Origin: Candidatus Zixiibacteriota bacterium
GTDB lineage: Bacteria > Zixibacteria > MSB-5A5 > DSPP01
Direction of reading: 5' to 3'
DNA length: 64,000 bases
Assembly: GCA_022614805.1 (NCBI GenBank)
Contig: JAKEHY010000022.1
Location: 15,903 to 79,902 of the forward strand
Positions 21,297-29,679 of this stretch are shown here, piece by piece. How positions within the stretch are numbered: position 1 is the first letter of the stretch; every line of letters starts with the position of its first letter. The position numbers and the translations under genes were made by a program. The notes beneath the pieces were generated by a model. That model had not been told where the DNA came from. It did not search any database and saw nothing but the letters and a program-made list of their open reading frames with translations.

Positions 21297-22481
21297 ATAA
21301 AAGCGCTCTACAAGCTCCAATCCCTGGCCATCTTTACCGCTACGGAATCGCACGCCCAAGCTTGGTCGGCCTTCTATACCTTTCCATCCATCGTCTTTGC
21401 CGCCATTTTGATTGCCTGGGGGGCCGAATCGGCCCAGGTGATTGTTTCGCAGGGGCTGGCTTTGGCCGTTCTGGCTTGGTTGCAGACCTCCCCGGAGTTT
21501 ATGGTGGAGGGGGTCATTGCTTGGCAGCAGGATATCAGTTTGATGACTGCCAATTTCACCGGTGCTTTGCGGCTTTTGGTCGGCTTTGCCTGGCCGATGG
21601 TCTACTTCACCGCCTTCTTCAGCGGCCGCAAAAAGGGGCTGAATTACGAAATCAAATTGGACGGCGAAGATTCCGCCCCGGTGGTCGGCATTCTGCTCCC
21701 CGCCTGCTACGTCCTTTTCATCGCCACCAAGGCCTCCCTCAACCTAATCGACGCCGGCGTGTTGTTGGCGCTGTACGGCGCCTACCTTTTCGTTTTGAAC
21801 CGCTTTCCGGCCAAGCATGAAGACCACGCCGCCGATATGGAGAGAATCCCCCGCTGGATTCTGTCCCATCGCAAGCCGGTGCGCAACATCCTCATTCTTT
21901 CCTGCTTCGTGGTCGGAGGAACGTTGGTTATTCTTCTGGCCGAGCCGTTTGTGGAGAGTTTGAAGGCGCTGGCCCTGGTTTTGGGCGTACAGACCTACTT
22001 TTTCGTGCAATGGGTGGCGCCGTTTCTGTCCGAGTTCCCGGAGTTCGTTTCCGCCTTTTACTGGGCTCGCACGGTGAAAAAAGCGGCAATGTCCTTGATG
22101 AACACGGTCTCCTCCGTGATTGCCGAGCTGACCTTGCTGGTGGCCTTGATTCCCATCGTATACTCCTTTTCTCGCGGCGAGGTCTCCTCCGTTCCGTTCG
22201 ATTACGAGCACCGGCTGGAAATTTATTTGACCGTTGTCCAGTCACTCCTCGGTTTTCTATTTCTGGTCAATATGCGCTTCAGTTTTTACGAAGCGGTCGG
22301 ACTTTTTTCCCTCTGGTTTTTCCAGTTTCTTTTCCCGCATACCCACCGGGAAGTGATTCTGGTTTACCTTTTCTGGATATTGATTGAAACGATTAAGATT
22401 TTTCTGGGCCGCCGTAGGCTGGCCGCCTTTCCCATCTTTTTCGAACTCTGGCGGAAACATATTCTGAAAAGTCACAACTAA
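21297..22481 (+). CDS. Na+/Ca2+ exchanger (CaCA)-like antiporter; probable non-canonical start
   Basis: Two alpha-repeat-like motifs (QTSPEF, SEFPEF) and about 10 TM helices. The frame is open upstream of the TTG at 21408; an ATA at 21297 follows GAGGGG. Confidence 0.8.
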   Translation: MKALYKLQSLAIFTATESHAQAWSAFYTFPSIVFAAILIAWGAESAQVIVSQGLALAVLAWLQTSPEFMVEGVIAWQQDISLMTANFTGALRLLVGFAWPMVYFTAFFSGRKKGLNYEIKLDGEDSAPVVGILLPACYVLFIATKASLNLIDAGVLLALYGAYLFVLNRFPAKHEDHAADMERIPRWILSHRKPVRNILILSCFVVGGTLVILLAEPFVESLKALALVLGVQTYFFVQWVAPFLSEFPEFVSAFYWARTVKKAAMSLMNTVSSVIAELTLLVALIPIVYSFSRGEVSSVPFDYEHRLEIYLTVVQSLLGFLFLVNMRFSFYEAVGLFSLWFFQFLFPHTHREVILVYLFWILIETIKIFLGRRRLAAFPIFFELWRKHILKSHN

Positions 22482-22501
22482 CCCCCTCTTTCATACCCCG
22501 A

Positions 22502-23099
22502 ACCTTCTGTCGAAATTGTACGTCCGGTCCCCAACGGATGAGCCGGGTCGTAAAGGGAAACCGTCAGGAACAGATTGCTTATGACCTCAATCAGCTGTAT
22601 TGTTGCCAGACAAAGGCAACAGACTATGCGATGGCTGGCGCAGTCATTGACCCCATTATCCGGCTCCCACCTTTGGCCGCGGTCTCAATCCCTCTCCTTA
22701 CGGGGAGGAAATAAAGTCGGCGGCTGGCGGTTGGAGGGGAGCTTGATGAAGAGGTTTTCCAATGGGAAACTCCCGGTTTCAAGGTTGACCGGCACTTTTT
22801 TCGCCGAATTTGGTTCAATTCGGCGGAAATTCGCCGACAGCCCGAAGGGGAAACCTGCTTTTCGGTCGCTAAGACATTGATTCAAAATGAATTAGCGCGG
22901 TTTGAGGCGAATGGAAACCAGGCACGATTTTTGTCTACTTTCCTTCGGGTAAACGTGTGTAGAGAGCCGGTATTTTCGAGAAATGTTACGCTTGGCTGTG
23001 TGCTTGCCGTGACTTCAAGTCAATCCACCCGGCAAGTCGGATTGACCTTCCCGGTCATTCCCGTGCAGGGAGATTCAACGACAGGGAAAAGTTGAAGGT
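22502..23099 (+). ncRNA. Candidate large structured non-coding RNA, family unknown
   Basis: No credible ORF. Many helices with G-U pairs favouring the + strand, UUCG/UACG loops, and at least two H-type pseudoknots (see findings). Confidence 0.65.
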
Positions 23100-23249
23100 A
23101 AGGGCCAGATTCTCTCCACAAACACTCCAAAGTCCAATGTAAACCATTTTTTCGGTCCCGGACAGCCGGCACATAGTTTTTCCAACAACCACTCGAAAGC
23201 CCGCCTCAAAGGAGGGTTTATACTCTTCGGCGTTGGACGTTTAATAAGA

Positions 23250-25607
23250 ATGCAACAAGATATACGAGGAAAACCGGCGCTAACGATACTTCTCATCCTG
23301 CTGTCAGCTTCACCCGGCTTTGCCTTCCAGCCGCTTTTTGACACTTGGATGAGCTATGATGTAGGGAGTAGTCCTTACTATACCTGCGCGGCCGATTTGG
23401 ACGGGGACGGGGACCCGGATTTGGCCGTGGCAATTAGTGGCAGCCACTCCGTTTCAATCTTGAAGAACAGCGGGGACGGGACTCTTGCCGCCAAAGTTGA
23501 CTACGGAACCGGGGGCGGCCCTCGCTTTGTTTTTGCTTCCGATTTGGATGGGGACGGGGATTCGGATTTGGCCGTGGCGAATTATGGCAGCAAAAACGTC
23601 TCGGTCTTGAAAAACAACGGGGACGGGACTTTTGCCGCCAAAGTTGACTATGGAACCGGAGGTGGCCCTACCTCCGTTTTCTCCGCCGATTTGGACGGGG
23701 ACGGCGATGGGGATTTGGCCGTTGCGAATTACGATAGCAACACCATCTCGGTCTTGAAAAACAACGGGGACGGGACTTTTTCCCCCAAGATTGATTACGG
23801 GCTCGGGGGCCACCCCCTCTCTGTTATCGCCTCCGATTTGGACGGGGACGGGGATTTAGATTTGGCCGAGGTGAACGACCGCGGCCTCACCGTTTTTGAC
23901 GACAGCGTCTCGGTCTTGAAAAACAACGGCGATGGGACTTTTGCTCCCAAGATTAAATACGGAACCGGGAGCGGCCCTTCCTCCGTCTTTGCCTCCGATT
24001 TGGATGGGGACGGAGATTCGGATCTGGCCGTGGCGAATTTTAACGGCAACAGCGTCTCGGTCTTAAAAAATAACGGCGACGGGACTTTTGCCGCCAGGCG
24101 CGACTACGGGGCAGGGAGAGGCCCGCGCTCCGTTTTTGCCTCCGACTTGGATGGGGACGGGGATTTGGATCTGGCCGTGGCAAATTTTACCAGCAACACC
24201 ATCTCGGTTTTGAAAAACATCGGAGACGGCACTTTTGCCGCCAAATTTGACTATGGAACCGGGGGAGGCCCGCGCTCCGTTTTTGCCTCCGATTTGGACA
24301 GGGACGGGGATTTGGATTTGGCCGTGGCGAATTTTAACAGCAACAGCGTCTCGGCTCTGAAGAACAACGGGGACGGGACTCTTGCCGTCAACGATGACTA
24401 CGGGGTGGGAAGCGGCCCTACCTCCGTATTAGCCTCCGATTTGGACGGGGACGGGGATGGCGACTTGGCCGTGGTCAATCAGGGCGGCAGCAACGTATCG
24501 GTCCTGAAGAACAACGGGGACGGGGCTTTTGGCGCCAAGTTTGACTACGGCGTGGGAAACTTCCCGAGCGACGTCTTCGCCTCCGATTTGGACGGGGACG
24601 GGGATGGTGACCTGGCCGTGGCCAATCAGGGCGGCAGCAACGTATCGGTCCTGAAGAACAACGGGGACGGAACTTTCGCCGCCAAAGTTGACTACGGCGT
24701 GGGAAGTTTCCCGAGTGACATCTTCGCCTCCGATTTGGACGGCGACGGGGATTGGGATTTGGCCGTGGCCAATCTGGCAGGCAACACCGTGTCGGTCTTG
24801 AAGAACAACGGGGACGGGACTTTTGCCGCCAACGATGAATACGGTGTAGGAAGCGGTCCTATTTCTGTTTTTGCCTCCGATTTGGATGGAGATGGGGACC
24901 GGGATTTGGCCGTGGCAAATTACATCAACAACACCGTCTCGGTATCGAAAAACAACGGGGACGGAACTTTCGCCGCCAAACTTGACTACGGAGCCGGGTT
25001 AAGCCCCATCTCTGTTTTTGCCTCCGATTTGGACGGCGACGGAGATCGGGATTTGGCCGTGGGAAACGTTGATGGCGACAACATTTCGGTTTTGGAAAAC
25101 AACGGGGACGGAACTTTCGCCGCCAAACTTGACTACGGAACCGGGTTAAGCCCCACCTCCGTTTTTGCCTCCGATTTGGACGGGGACGGAGATCAGGATT
25201 TAGTCGTAGCAAACAGTAAAGCCAGCGCCGTCTCGGTCTTGGAGAACAAAGGGGACGGAACTTTTGCCGTCAAGGTTGACTACGGAACCGGGTTAAGCCC
25301 TACCTCCGTTTTTGCCTCCGATTTGGACGGGGACGGGGACCGGGATTTGGTTGTGACAAAGACTAATAGCGACACAGTTTCGGTTTTAAGAAACCTGTCT
25401 GATATCTGCGCAATCGATAGAGGAGACATGAATGACGACGGCGGCTTGTCGCTGACGGATATAGTCATAATGTTAAACTGCGTGTTTCTGGAAGAGGGAA
25501 ACTGCGGCCCCTGCTTGGCCGACGTCAACTGCAGCGCGAACTTGTCTGCGGCTGATGTCGTGTGGGAAATTTACGCCGTGTTCTCGAAAATTCCATTTCC
25601 ATGCTGA
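23250..25607 (+). CDS. Secreted FG-GAP/VCBS repeat protein (14 repeats) with C-terminal dockerin-like domain
   Basis: Signal peptide; 14 copies of DLDGDGDxDLAV..VSVLKNNGDGTF; C-terminal GDMNDDGGLSLTDIV...ADVNCSANLSAADVV. Confidence 0.93.
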   Translation: MQQDIRGKPALTILLILLSASPGFAFQPLFDTWMSYDVGSSPYYTCAADLDGDGDPDLAVAISGSHSVSILKNSGDGTLAAKVDYGTGGGPRFVFASDLDGDGDSDLAVANYGSKNVSVLKNNGDGTFAAKVDYGTGGGPTSVFSADLDGDGDGDLAVANYDSNTISVLKNNGDGTFSPKIDYGLGGHPLSVIASDLDGDGDLDLAEVNDRGLTVFDDSVSVLKNNGDGTFAPKIKYGTGSGPSSVFASDLDGDGDSDLAVANFNGNSVSVLKNNGDGTFAARRDYGAGRGPRSVFASDLDGDGDLDLAVANFTSNTISVLKNIGDGTFAAKFDYGTGGGPRSVFASDLDRDGDLDLAVANFNSNSVSALKNNGDGTLAVNDDYGVGSGPTSVLASDLDGDGDGDLAVVNQGGSNVSVLKNNGDGAFGAKFDYGVGNFPSDVFASDLDGDGDGDLAVANQGGSNVSVLKNNGDGTFAAKVDYGVGSFPSDIFASDLDGDGDWDLAVANLAGNTVSVLKNNGDGTFAANDEYGVGSGPISVFASDLDGDGDRDLAVANYINNTVSVSKNNGDGTFAAKLDYGAGLSPISVFASDLDGDGDRDLAVGNVDGDNISVLENNGDGTFAAKLDYGTGLSPTSVFASDLDGDGDQDLVVANSKASAVSVLENKGDGTFAVKVDYGTGLSPTSVFASDLDGDGDRDLVVTKTNSDTVSVLRNLSDICAIDRGDMNDDGGLSLTDIVIMLNCVFLEEGNCGPCLADVNCSANLSAADVVWEIYAVFSKIPFPC
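23390..25400 (+). repeat. Intragenic tandem repeats of about 147 bp encoding FG-GAP blades
   Basis: The GCCTCCGATTTGGACGGGGACGGGGA core recurs about every 147 bp. Confidence 0.9.
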
Positions 25608-25811
25608 AGTGGAAGAGATACGCTATCCCCAGCTTTGACGAAACAAAGGCTGCGACGGCCTGCCGTATATTATCCGATTGAATGGCAAGGGGTTGCGGCG
25701 CGGTTCGATTTTTTAAACTTTTTTGGGCAAATTTGCGTTAAATTATAGTTGAAGGCCCGGGTGGAGCTTTGAATTAAACCGGAAAAACCTTCAGGAGGTA
25801 GATAAACGAAA

Positions 25812-26666
25812 ATGAACTCGTTCAAAACATTCTTTCTTTTCACCCTTTTGACCCTGCTTTTGGTGGCGATTGGCGGCTACTTCGGCGGCCAGCAGGGAAT
25901 GATATTCGCCTTTGTCTTTGCCGGGCTCTTGAACTTTTTCGCCTACTGGTTTTCAGACAAGATGGCTTTGGCGATGTACGGGGCCAAAAAAGTGGAGGAA
26001 GCCGACCTTCCCCAAACCGAAAAGGACCGGCTTGTGCGCATCACCCGCGAACTGGCCCAATCGGCCCGTTTGCCGATGCCCAAGGTGTATGTCATTCCCT
26101 CCCCCCAGCCGAACGCTTTTGCCACCGGCCGGAACCCCGAGCACGCTTCTGTGGCGGCGACGAAGGGGATCCTGCAGCTTTTGAGTGACGACGAGTTGGC
26201 CGGGGTGATGGCCCATGAGCTGGCCCACGTCAAAAACCGCGATATTCTGATTGCCAGCGTGGCCGCCACCATCGCCGGGGCGATTATGATTTTGTCCCGA
26301 AGCGCGATGTTCTTCGGCGGCGGCCGGGACAACAACCGCGGCGGCAATCCCATCGTGATGATTTTGCTTCTGATTCTGGCTCCGATTGCGGCAATGCTCG
26401 TGCAGATGGCGATTTCCCGGCAGCGCGAATTCGGAGCGGATGAGGGAGGAGCCAGAATTTCGCACAAGCCTTTGGCCCTGGCCGAGGCGTTGAAGAAGCT
26501 GCACAGCGGGGTCCAACGCCTGCCGATGCAAAACGCCAACCCCGCCACCGCCCATATGTTCATCGTCGCCCCCTTTTCCGGCAAGCAGGCGTTGAGACTT
26601 TTCTCCACTCACCCGCCCGTGGAAGAGCGCATTGCCCGGCTGTATGAGTTGGCCAAGCATATGTAA
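25812..26666 (+). CDS. htpX: Zinc metalloprotease HtpX (M48)
   Basis: [32 protein letters not shown]; SD AGGAGG upstream. Confidence 0.95.
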   Translation: MNSFKTFFLFTLLTLLLVAIGGYFGGQQGMIFAFVFAGLLNFFAYWFSDKMALAMYGAKKVEEADLPQTEKDRLVRITRELAQSARLPMPKVYVIPSPQPNAFATGRNPEHASVAATKGILQLLSDDELAGVMAHELAHVKNRDILIASVAATIAGAIMILSRSAMFFGGGRDNNRGGNPIVMILLLILAPIAAMLVQMAISRQREFGADEGGARISHKPLALAEALKKLHSGVQRLPMQNANPATAHMFIVAPFSGKQALRLFSTHPPVEERIARLYELAKHM

Positions 26667-26703
26667 CACCGTCAGCAGGCGAAATTAATTTCGCCTACAG
26701 AGG

Positions 26704-26733
26704 AAAAAAGCGGGCCGCAAGGCCCGCTTTTTT
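26704..26733 (+). terminator. Rho-independent terminator (potentially bidirectional)
   Basis: A6-GCGGGCC-GCAA-GGCCCGC-T6 downstream of htpX. Confidence 0.9.
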
Positions 26734-26943
26734 ATTGGGTAAAATCTCTTCAAACGCTCTCCTAAATCGCAACGTATGAATAATCGAAAGACAACAATTG
26801 GGAAAACAGCAAAAAAAGTACTAAGTCCATAGGGAGGTATCATTAAGCCTTTTTGCCAAAAAGTCGCTCAAGAGCGTTCATTGCTTCTGGTTGCGGCTAA
26901 TGAAAAGAGAACTGCGAAAAACTTCAGTTGTGGGCTTTGGGGT

Positions 26944-28782
26944 TTGAAAGGGGGATGTAAAAGGTTACATTTCCTATACCTGCTTTTCTTCCTTTTGGCA
27001 AGCACGGCATTTGGAACAGAGCGGGACGGGATAAAAGTGTTGTCTGAAGGAATCGGTAGTCCCCGGTTTGTCTCCCTTCGCAGTCTGGCAGCGGCCGCCG
27101 ATAGCTGCGATACCATAAATTATGCCTGCAATCTCACCTTTTTCCATCCGGTTCCGGACGGCTTTGGGAACATTGAAGAAGGGATGCGTTTTGATAATGC
27201 CGGGCCAAACCCGGTATCGTTGAAACGGGTGCAGGTTCTGCTTTACAACTGGCCGGGCAGTTCCACGGACACCACCAGCAATTGCGTGATAAACGTTTAC
27301 GCAAATGCCAGCCCGGACAGCATCCCGGGGGCGCTTTTGGGCAGCATTACCATTCCGAATCACGTTCTTATCGGTGCCAACTGGCCCCCTAACGGCGTCC
27401 TTCAGGTGGGGGTCGATTTTTCGCCAAACAATCTTACCTTCGACCCCAACGCCCGCTACCATATCGGCGTGGAGTCAAACGGTCCCGGGGAACTTAACGT
27501 GCTTTTGGATAACGGAAATCCTTGTGCTTCCAATCGGTGGGTGGAGGAGGATGCCTTCGGCTGGCATGTGGTAAACGGGGCCTTTCCGGGCAATCCCTAT
27601 AACGTGCACATTTACGCGGAAGCCTGTGCGGCCAACCCCAATCAGCCGCCCGTAATTGTCAACTGCCCACCTGTCGATACGGTCAACCTTGGTGAAACTG
27701 TTACTTATCAATTTCAAGCCCAAGATGACGGCCTTCCCGGCGGGCCGCTAATCTGGCGGAAACTGTATGGGCCGGGTTCATTGGATTCACTTACAGGGCA
27801 GTTTTTTTGGATACCCCAAGTTGAAGATGCGAGATTTGGTGCAGTGGAAGTGGCAGTTAACGATGGGGAGTTGTTTTCCGAGCCCTGTTGGGCTTTTTTC
27901 GACCTTAAAATAGACGACTGCAACCAAAATGGTATAGCCGACTCTATTGACATCGGAACTGGGACAAGCCGGGACTGCGATACGTCTGGGATACCGGACG
28001 AGTGTGAATTTAGATTTGTCGCGGGGGATGTGGATTCTTCGTCACAGGTTGACCTCGCAGATGTTCAATATCTGGCGGATTACATTTTTAAATCGGGGCT
28101 CTGTCCGGATGGGAGTGGCTACAGTGGCGACGTAAATTGCTCGCGGTCGGTAGGTCTGGCAGACGTAGTTTACCTTGCAAAATACGTCTTCCAGGGCGGT
28201 CCTGAACCCTGTGATGCTTGCCAAATCGCCTACCCGACGTTGGCCGGTCTTTGCCTCGGCTATCAAGATAAATCAACGCTGTATTTAGACCCCATAGACA
28301 CCGGGCCAAGTGGCCAGAATATTGACATTACAGTCGACGACGACTTCTACGTCTTCCAAGGTGCCCACGAATTCACAAATGTTAAAGAGCTGATAGAAGC
28401 AATTTGCAAAAAGAAGGAGAAGCTAAAACGTCAAATCAGAGTTCTGGTAGATACCCATGGGATAAAGGAAGGCGGGACCATATTAGTCGGGACCGCCGAA
28501 CCCAAAGATGCGAAAGGTGGGACTGGTGATAATGGCGACTTTGCCGGTGTCACTAAGCTTGATAAAGACAACGCCCAAGCTTTTGCCGACAAGATAAAGG
28601 ACAAAGTGGAGACTATAACCTTCGTTGCCTGCAATGCTGCCAAAGGGGAAGACGGAGCGGCACTCCTGGAAGCGATGGGTAGCGCAGAACTCACGGTATG
28701 GATGTTTGATGGGGTGGTCTGTAGCAGCGCCAAAGGTTTCGCCCCTGAAAAAGATTCAAATATGAAGTGTGATGCGGACTAA
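26944..28782 (+). CDS. Secreted multidomain protein: beta-sandwich, Ig/cadherin-like, Ca-binding repeats, dockerin and C-terminal DUF4347/caspase-fold-like domain
   Basis: Signal peptide (start uncertain: TTG 26944 or 26881); NQPP..QAQDD Ig-like segment; DCNQNGIAD/DCDTSGIPDECE; GDVDSS..GDVNCS dockerin pair; VDTHG...FVACN putative His/Cys dyad. Confidence 0.8.
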   Translation: MKGGCKRLHFLYLLFFLLASTAFGTERDGIKVLSEGIGSPRFVSLRSLAAAADSCDTINYACNLTFFHPVPDGFGNIEEGMRFDNAGPNPVSLKRVQVLLYNWPGSSTDTTSNCVINVYANASPDSIPGALLGSITIPNHVLIGANWPPNGVLQVGVDFSPNNLTFDPNARYHIGVESNGPGELNVLLDNGNPCASNRWVEEDAFGWHVVNGAFPGNPYNVHIYAEACAANPNQPPVIVNCPPVDTVNLGETVTYQFQAQDDGLPGGPLIWRKLYGPGSLDSLTGQFFWIPQVEDARFGAVEVAVNDGELFSEPCWAFFDLKIDDCNQNGIADSIDIGTGTSRDCDTSGIPDECEFRFVAGDVDSSSQVDLADVQYLADYIFKSGLCPDGSGYSGDVNCSRSVGLADVVYLAKYVFQGGPEPCDACQIAYPTLAGLCLGYQDKSTLYLDPIDTGPSGQNIDITVDDDFYVFQGAHEFTNVKELIEAICKKKEKLKRQIRVLVDTHGIKEGGTILVGTAEPKDAKGGTGDNGDFAGVTKLDKDNAQAFADKIKDKVETITFVACNAAKGEDGAALLEAMGSAELTVWMFDGVVCSSAKGFAPEKDSNMKCDAD

Positions 28783-28862
28783 CAGTGCACTCGACGTACC
28801 GACGTGGCATGGGGCCACCGACAAATGGCTAATGGTCACGTGTGCCTAAGAAGGTGGGGATA

Positions 28863-29621
28863 ATGAGACTATCCAGAGTAGCTGCGATGATGGCATTGAG
28901 TTTGGGGTTAGTGGAAGTTCCCTGTAAAGCCCAAAGCGCGATTGATACGGTTCGGTTTACGGATGTCTCCTTCTTCGATAGCACGGTAGAGTGGAATATC
29001 TGCGATGCCTCCTCCGGAGTCGTTTCGGTATCTTTGTATAATGATGAATGGCTTGCAGGGATTGTGGTACCCTTTCAGTTTAGCGACACAATCGTTAATA
29101 TAGATTCTATTTCTTTCGCGGCATCGCGCGTTTCAAGCTCTTTGGGTCCAACTGGCACTCTCCTTCCTGACCTCCGAAGTGGTATCATCGGTTTTGTTGA
29201 TATTAATCCGCCCGAGTTCGATAGCCTTGCCCCAGGGGACGGATTGATAGCGAGAATTTACTTTACTCAAAGGTCTGGCGTCGGAAACTTTCCAAGTACA
29301 ATTGGTATCGACACAACGGCCTCACTTAACGCGGCCGCACTGGAGGTCGTTACGCCCGAACCACTAGCGAGTACCGTGGTGTCGAAACCCGCATTCATTC
29401 ATCCGGTAGCCTTCAGGGGCGATATGAACGCCAGCGGCAATTATTCGGCCGCCGACATCGTTGCGGAAATCAACTGCGTCTTCTCTCAAACGGGAAATTG
29501 CTACTTCTGCTATGCAGACATCAACTGCAGTGGAAACTTGTCCGCGGCGGACATCGTGCTTTTGATTGGCCGGGTCTTTAACGAAGTGTGCGGCCCCACC
29601 TGGTGCGGCCCCTGCCCGTAG
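28863..29621 (+). CDS. Secreted cohesin-like plus dockerin-like protein
   Basis: Signal peptide MRLSRVAAMMALSL..; cohesin-like LAGIVVPFQF..IDSISF..LAPGDGLIARIYF; C-terminal GDMNASGNYSAADIV..ADINCSGNLSAADIV. Confidence 0.78.
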   Translation: MRLSRVAAMMALSLGLVEVPCKAQSAIDTVRFTDVSFFDSTVEWNICDASSGVVSVSLYNDEWLAGIVVPFQFSDTIVNIDSISFAASRVSSSLGPTGTLLPDLRSGIIGFVDINPPEFDSLAPGDGLIARIYFTQRSGVGNFPSTIGIDTTASLNAAALEVVTPEPLASTVVSKPAFIHPVAFRGDMNASGNYSAADIVAEINCVFSQTGNCYFCYADINCSGNLSAADIVLLIGRVFNEVCGPTWCGPCP

Positions 29622-29679
29622 CTTCGGCCACCTGCATCGCTAAAGACAAAAGGGCAACGAGGAGGCCGGTTTTTTTCAT
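29578..29679 (-). pseudogene. Possible 5' remnant (signal peptide only) of a truncated secreted-protein gene
   Basis: MKKTGLLVALLSLAMQVAEA begins with an ATGA overlap on the Zn-ribbon gene stop, then runs into the 3' end of the convergent gene. Confidence 0.4.

Noticed and set aside
22811-22825. tRNA T-loop-like GGTTCAATTC
   Set aside because: The flanks do not form a T-stem or cloverleaf; the sequence is part of a longer hairpin.
22502-23099. tmRNA, RNase P, group I/II intron, cobalamin riboswitch or hammerhead as the identity of the structured region
   Set aside because: The serial pseudoknots recall tmRNA, but I found no acceptor stem, T-arm or tag ORF. There is no GAGGAAAGUCC core and no complete D5 or P7. 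AAAGGGAA and AAGTCGGATTGACC resemble B12 elements only loosely and lack the GGTG..AATCC hairpin. CGGATGA is not CUGAUGA.
23208-23250. Third ATA start for the FG-GAP gene (AAAGGAGG followed by an in-frame ATA at 23220)
   Set aside because: A canonical ATG at 23250 already gives a normal signal peptide, so the ATA is not needed; left unresolved.
22575-23344. Short ORFs in the 22.5-23.3 kb gap
   Set aside because: No recognisable motifs or SD sites; they overlap on both strands and are better explained as chance ORFs in structured DNA.
23390-25400. CRISPR array or DGR in the repetitive region
   Set aside because: The repeats are in-frame ~147-bp coding units without unique spacers; there is no cas or reverse transcriptase gene in the window.
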